Shown here: piece after piece, positions 60,392-64,000 of the stretch
How the letters are laid out: every line of letters starts with the position of its first letter
Numbering within the stretch: position 1 is the stretch's first letter
Virus record (IMG/VR): IMGVR_UViG_2061766007_000856
DNA: 64,000 bases
Strand: one strand, 5' to 3'
Source: an uncultured virus (IMG/VR IMGVR_UViG_2061766007_000856)
Taxonomy: Duplodnaviria; Heunggongvirae; Uroviricota; Caudoviricetes
Notes under the pieces: model-generated
What the model was told of the DNA's origin: nothing
Seen by the model: only the letters and a program-made list of their open reading frames with translations
Database searches by the model: none
Made by a program: the position numbers and the translations under genes

Positions 60392-60778
60392 TTAGGCAAT
60401 AGTCAACTTGCGCGGCTGAGATGCCTTCTTTGCCGGAATGGCAACCGTGAGCACGCCATCCTGCAAAGAACACTTGATGTTGGCGGTCGTGTCAGCCTTT
60501 TCCGGGACAGCAACTGCAGCCTTCATCTTGACTTCGGTGTCGTCAAACTTACGGGTAGCGTTCACCGTCAGCACCTGGCCATTGTCACTAAAGCCGATAT
60601 CGATATCGCTCTTCTGGACACCCGGAACGTCAAACATGAATGTGACATCGGATTCGGTTTCCGACTTGTAGCAGGCAATTTCATATGCATTGCTCTTGAC
60701 TGTAAAGTCATTCAACATATCATTGAAGCTTCTTGCTAAAGCGGAAGGGAACGGGAAAATACTGAATTCTTTGGACAT
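60392..60778 (-). CDS. Small heat-shock protein (HSP20/alpha-crystallin)
   Basis: DVPGV.K.DI.I, L.V.A.R, I...L.DGVL.V.IP.K.....RK..I. Confidence 0.9.
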   Translation of the reverse strand: MSKEFSIFPFPSALARSFNDMLNDFTVKSNAYEIACYKSETESDVTFMFDVPGVQKSDIDIGFSDNGQVLTVNATRKFDDTEVKMKAAVAVPEKADTTANIKCSLQDGVLTVAIPAKKASQPRKLTIA

Positions 60779-60809
60779 TTTATACTCCTTTTGTTTTCAC
60801 CACATAATA

Positions 60810-60826
60810 TGCAAAATGCGTGCCAA
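60810..60826 (-). promoter_or_regulatory. Sigma-54 (-24/-12) promoter TTGGCACG-CATT-TTGCA
   Basis: Exact match to TGGCACG-N4-TTGCW, 31 nt before the hsp20 ATG. Confidence 0.85.
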
Positions 60827-60830
60827 GAAT

Positions 60831-60868
60831 AAAAAATGCCGATTTTTATAAGAAAATCGACACTTTTT
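60831..60868 (-). terminator. Terminator-like hairpin after 60892..61371
   Basis: TGTCGATTTT-loop-AAAATCGGCA-TTTTTT on minus strand. Confidence 0.6.
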
Positions 60869-60876
60869 GAAAGAAC

Positions 60877-60891
60877 GTTTCAAACTGAAAC
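60877..60891. promoter_or_regulatory. Perfect inverted repeat GTTTCA-AAC-TGAAAC, candidate enhancer site for the sigma-54 promoter
   Basis: About 80-90 nt upstream of the predicted hsp20 start site. Confidence 0.4.
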
Positions 60892-61371
60892 TTATCGGAG
60901 CTTGATTTGCCCGTCGTAATCCTTTTGGGTAATCGGCGTATTGCTGACTGCACTTGCGGTCGTGCAGATAGTCCATTTCTTAGACTTAAGCCGGTCAAGC
61001 AATTCTTCCTTGGTAAGAAGACCCTTTTCTTCGGCAGCCTTTCGATCCGGCTCGGCACCCTTTCCATTCGGATTCTTGATGATATCATACTCCATGCGGC
61101 GGAAGTTTTTGTTTCCACGTCCCGGAGTATTGTTAATCATGTCATCTTCCTTGAACTTATCCTGCACTTCGGCCAGCTTGTCTTCGGTGTGCCACCAGTT
61201 CTGTTCATATGCGCGTTCAAGGAACTCATCGGCCTTGCCGCTAGACACGTCACCGATGCCGCGTGCAAGCTGCTGCACCTGCAAGAAAAGATCATGGCGA
61301 TAGTCCGGATGAGTATCGAAATTGTTACCAATCATCCCTATTGCATCACCGTTGTTTACTCTGATTCCCAT
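60892..61371 (-). CDS. Hypothetical late protein
   Basis: Late promoter and AGGTG SD. Confidence 0.7.
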   Translation of the reverse strand: MGIRVNNGDAIGMIGNNFDTHPDYRHDLFLQVQQLARGIGDVSSGKADEFLERAYEQNWWHTEDKLAEVQDKFKEDDMINNTPGRGNKNFRRMEYDIIKNPNGKGAEPDRKAAEEKGLLTKEELLDRLKSKKWTICTTASAVSNTPITQKDYDGQIKLR

Positions 61372-61403
61372 TGGACACCTACGAAGCTATATATTTCGTC
61401 GTA

Positions 61404-61411
61404 AGTTTATA
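61404..61411 (-). promoter_or_regulatory. Late promoter TATAAACT overlapping the gp55 stop codon
   Basis: 32 nt before ATG 61371. Confidence 0.7.
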
Positions 61412-62126
61412 ACTGTTCCATATCTTCCGGAAGGACGTTGTCGTCATTAACGGCTTCAGCCGTCTTTTCAACCTTCTGGATGGCTTCATCAATCGATTCA
61501 CCGGTAAGACCGGCATTAGCGGATGCGTTCCAGTGTCTGCGCTGTTTCTCGCGCTTCACCATGCCGGCATACTGGTCAAATGCGACGCACGAATGAAGAA
61601 TGCCTTCATCAAGGGGGACAAACTGGACCAGTTCGCTGCGCTTGTTCAATGTTTCCCATTTCTGGAAGAAAGCGCACTTTACGCAACGGCGGACATAGTT
61701 GTACGGGTCGTTACTCTTGGCGGTCTTCGTCTTGGCCGGGTCATAGTTGTGGAGATAGTTCAATGCGAGAATCAGGGCATGCCCCCTAAATTCTTCCTTC
61801 CATTCCGGCGTATATCCGGAGAAACGGGCAGAACCGAGAGTCTTTTCAATGACAATCTGGACAATCCTGGCGAGGCGCGGATCCATTTCCGGACGCGGAA
61901 TTTCCTTTGCCTTTTCCTTGCCAACTTCCTTACAAAGAGCTTTGTACGGCAGCATCTTTTCCCTGTGCTCTATCAAGAGCTTCATCAGATACCCTTTGTC
62001 GATGGTACCATACAGCATGGAAAGTTCGGTCTGGTTTCCATTTTCATCAAATTCCGGCTTCATCTTTGTCGGCATGCTAGCCTTCATTTTCGATGAATAA
62101 TGAGTAACCTTGTTATCCTGGCTCAT
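61407..62126 (-). CDS. gp55: Late-transcription sigma factor, T4 gp55-like (start MSQDNK)
   Basis: RFSGYTPEWKEE...LHNYD.....NDPYNYV..C...AFFQK vs T4 NFSGYTQSWKQE...LHNFD...NPHAYI...C..AFVQR. Confidence 0.9.
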   Translation of the reverse strand: MSQDNKVTHYSSKMKASMPTKMKPEFDENGNQTELSMLYGTIDKGYLMKLLIEHREKMLPYKALCKEVGKEKAKEIPRPEMDPRLARIVQIVIEKTLGSARFSGYTPEWKEEFRGHALILALNYLHNYDPAKTKTAKSNDPYNYVRRCVKCAFFQKWETLNKRSELVQFVPLDEGILHSCVAFDQYAGMVKREKQRRHWNASANAGLTGESIDEAIQKVEKTAEAVNDDNVLPEDMEQL

Positions 62127-62167
62127 TGCAAAATCCTTTAACTTCTGTACAGGAAGTAAACTACTTC

Positions 62168-64000
62168 TTAATGCGGCATCGAGTTCCAGATGCTGCAAAG
62201 ACGAGCCTTCGACAATGCCTCGGTATAGAGCTTGAAGCCCCAAGTATCCGGTGTCGGATGGACGGATGCCATCACCGAGCTGGCGCTCTCGACATTTTCC
62301 ATGTCGGCACATGACGTACGAAGGATGGAATCCGGATTGTAATCCCGCTTTGCACAAATCGTCGTTGTACACTTGATTGCCCATGCGGAATACAAAGTTT
62401 TCTCATCAAGAACATGGGTGTATGAAACCTCGTCGGTTTCTTCATCGGTGACCTTGAAATTCCAGGTGTCGTCAAACAATCCAAAACCCCGTGCAAGCCG
62501 TCCACCGTGGCTTACGAACCATGCATCGCGGGTTGTTTTCTCCATCGGAAGCCCATCCGCACCGATTGGGAGAATTTCGGTGTTCTCGTCTACATCGGAT
62601 TCAGTCGCAATGCCATTTGTACCCAGATGATATACATAGTAATTCATTCCAAGGTCATAACGACCGGCGCCTATATATGCATAAAGATGCCAGTGTCCAT
62701 CCTCGTACTGCCAGAACACTATGCTAAACCCGTTACGGTCCCTCGACGAGAATGCGGCATCGTTGCCAACATTGTACACATGCTCGCAACGGCAAATCGG
62801 CAAGCCATTGGGAGCCGTTATGACTTCACTGCCACATTCAAACCGAGTATCCCTAATGTTTACACGATAGTCGGCATCATAGTTTTCAACTTCTTCCGCG
62901 CAGGTTTCCTTGACCGGATCACCGGCAGTCCGATGGGAATCGACAACAAGTTCCGGATTGGCATCAACGGAAATTTTATAGTCGGAAACATCGACACCCT
63001 TCGACGGGAACAGCGTACCCTTCAAGCCGCATGTAATCTTGACCGTACGTTTCGCACGGGAAAGATAGCAGGCCCCGTTCAGGTAGTAATACCAGATGTG
63101 GAAAATATTCTTTCCGCCATGTTCGCATGTACAAAAATCAATGTCATTCTGGACAATAACAAAGTCATCGCCGGAAATAGTGTTTCCGCTATGTGCAGGA
63201 ACCGATTCAGTGCGCTGAACCCACTCGGCACAGGTAACTTCCCAAAGTCCATTGGCACCATCGCTCTGGTTGGTAAGTAGAACCGTATCACCCGGACGGA
63301 CAATGGTATTGCATATTTTCTGTGACCCAAACCGCATGTCTTCCGGAACATCGCTGTCACATGCTATCGTCACCTTGTCCTTGACATGTACACCAAGATC
63401 GGCAATTACATTTGCATCAACCGGAAGCGGTACCTGTTCGACCCTCTGGCATGGCTTGTAATATTCACCATAACCGCCCTGCCCTTCAAGATACGTCTTC
63501 AAGCCAAGCCATTCGCCTCTCTGGACAATCCAGAGGCCATTGCCCCCATCGAACTGCTTGTCCAACCACACAAGGTCGCCTTCGACCAGTTGAATGCCAT
63601 CAAGGGTAAGTTCACCGGCCCTCTTTGGGAGATTGCTTGAATATTTCAGCTTGACCAGATAGTAGCTAAGCTTCGTGCAATCGGTGTCGGGCTTTATCCT
63701 GAAATAAATATCGGCACCAAGCTTGCTGCTCACACCGCCACTTGTCGTCTTGCTGTCAGACGAGTAATCGTCTGTGACCAGTTCAAGTTCACTGGCGTAA
63801 AAGCACTTCGGGTCAACCGTAGTCATTGCGCCACCGGGAGTCTGCTCACTCAGCTCCTTGTTGGTGCTGTCATATTTATACCTGATTAGGTACAGGTTGT
63901 TGTTCCAGGCAGTTTCATAATCAAATGTGCCAGCTTCCGTGCTGTTTGCACCACATTCGCCATAGCCGAGGTGAATGGCATACGTTCCGCAAATTTCATT
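62168..64000 (-). CDS. Cys-rich virion structural protein, 5'-truncated by the window edge
   Basis: Frame is open from 64000 (NEICGTYAIH...) into the 552-aa ORF; two GD.V.L..Q.....NGLW.V tail motifs. Confidence 0.75.
   Translation of the reverse strand, partial: NEICGTYAIHLGYGECGANSTEAGTFDYETAWNNNLYLIRYKYDSTNKELSEQTPGGAMTTVDPKCFYASELELVTDDYSSDSKTTSGGVSSKLGADIYFRIKPDTDCTKLSYYLVKLKYSSNLPKRAGELTLDGIQLVEGDLVWLDKQFDGGNGLWIVQRGEWLGLKTYLEGQGGYGEYYKPCQRVEQVPLPVDANVIADLGVHVKDKVTIACDSDVPEDMRFGSQKICNTIVRPGDTVLLTNQSDGANGLWEVTCAEWVQRTESVPAHSGNTISGDDFVIVQNDIDFCTCEHGGKNIFHIWYYYLNGACYLSRAKRTVKITCGLKGTLFPSKGVDVSDYKISVDANPELVVDSHRTAGDPVKETCAEEVENYDADYRVNIRDTRFECGSEVITAPNGLPICRCEHVYNVGNDAAFSSRDRNGFSIVFWQYEDGHWHLYAYIGAGRYDLGMNYYVYHLGTNGIATESDVDENTEILPIGADGLPMEKTTRDAWFVSHGGRLARGFGLFDDTWNFKVTDEETDEVSYTHVLDEKTLYSAWAIKCTTTICAKRDYNPDSILRTSCADMENVESASSVMASVHPTPDTWGFKLYTEALSKARLCSIWNSMPH

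Larger units (their letters stand above)
1..64000. mobile_element. Segment of a large T4-related myophage genome (metagenomic scaffold)
   Basis: Recognisable homologues of T4 gp6, gp7, gp13, gp14, gp15, gp21 and gp55, multiple tail fibres, T4-type late promoter motif, no host core genes. Confidence 0.93.

Noticed and set aside
62127..62384. N-terminal 86-aa extension of gp55 in the ORF track
   Set aside because: Overlaps the upstream gene; ATG at 62126 has an AAGGA SD
1..64000. Numerous overlapping antisense and alternate-frame ORFs in the track
   Set aside because: Shadows of long genes; no motifs, SD or promoter support
1..64000. Stop-codon reassignment as seen in some large phages
   Set aside because: TAA, TAG and TGA all terminate genes that abut the next start; coding density is already near complete in code 11

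Overview
The whole window is densely coding DNA from a large, T4-related myophage, apparently a metagenomic scaffold (six N-gaps). I see no host housekeeping genes, tRNA, rRNA, CRISPR array, integrase or reverse transcriptase. (1) 1-4.8 kb (minus): nucleotide/RNA-metabolism operon with ThyX, a Thg1-like 3'-5' nucleotidyltransferase, a Nudix hydrolase, an apparently inactive gp21-like prohead protease and a metallophosphoesterase. (2) 4.9-27.8 kb: two large convergent tail-fibre/adhesin cassettes that begin with paralogous promoter + Cys/Pro-rich leader genes and meet at one bidirectional terminator. They include YadA-like, FISUMP (Fibrobacter major paralogous) and LamG-like domains and a GT2 glycosyltransferase. 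(3) 28-52 kb (mostly minus): further tail/baseplate genes, gp7-like and gp6-like wedge proteins and a GT2-TPR glycosyltransferase. (4) 52-64 kb: gp14/gp13 neck proteins, gp15 tail terminator, candidate internal head proteins, GNAT, a degenerate 2H phosphoesterase, a ferritin/Dps-like protein, HSP20 and a gp55-like late sigma factor. Three promoter classes are readable in the sequence: a late motif TATAA(A/G)CT (13 exact copies plus 2 variants near gene starts, four only 6-7 nt from the ATG), a (C/T)TATATT(T/C) motif before non-structural genes, and a perfect sigma-54 site before hsp20. A Fibrobacter/FCB-group host is an inference. All protein calls come from motif recognition by eye; no database search was run.
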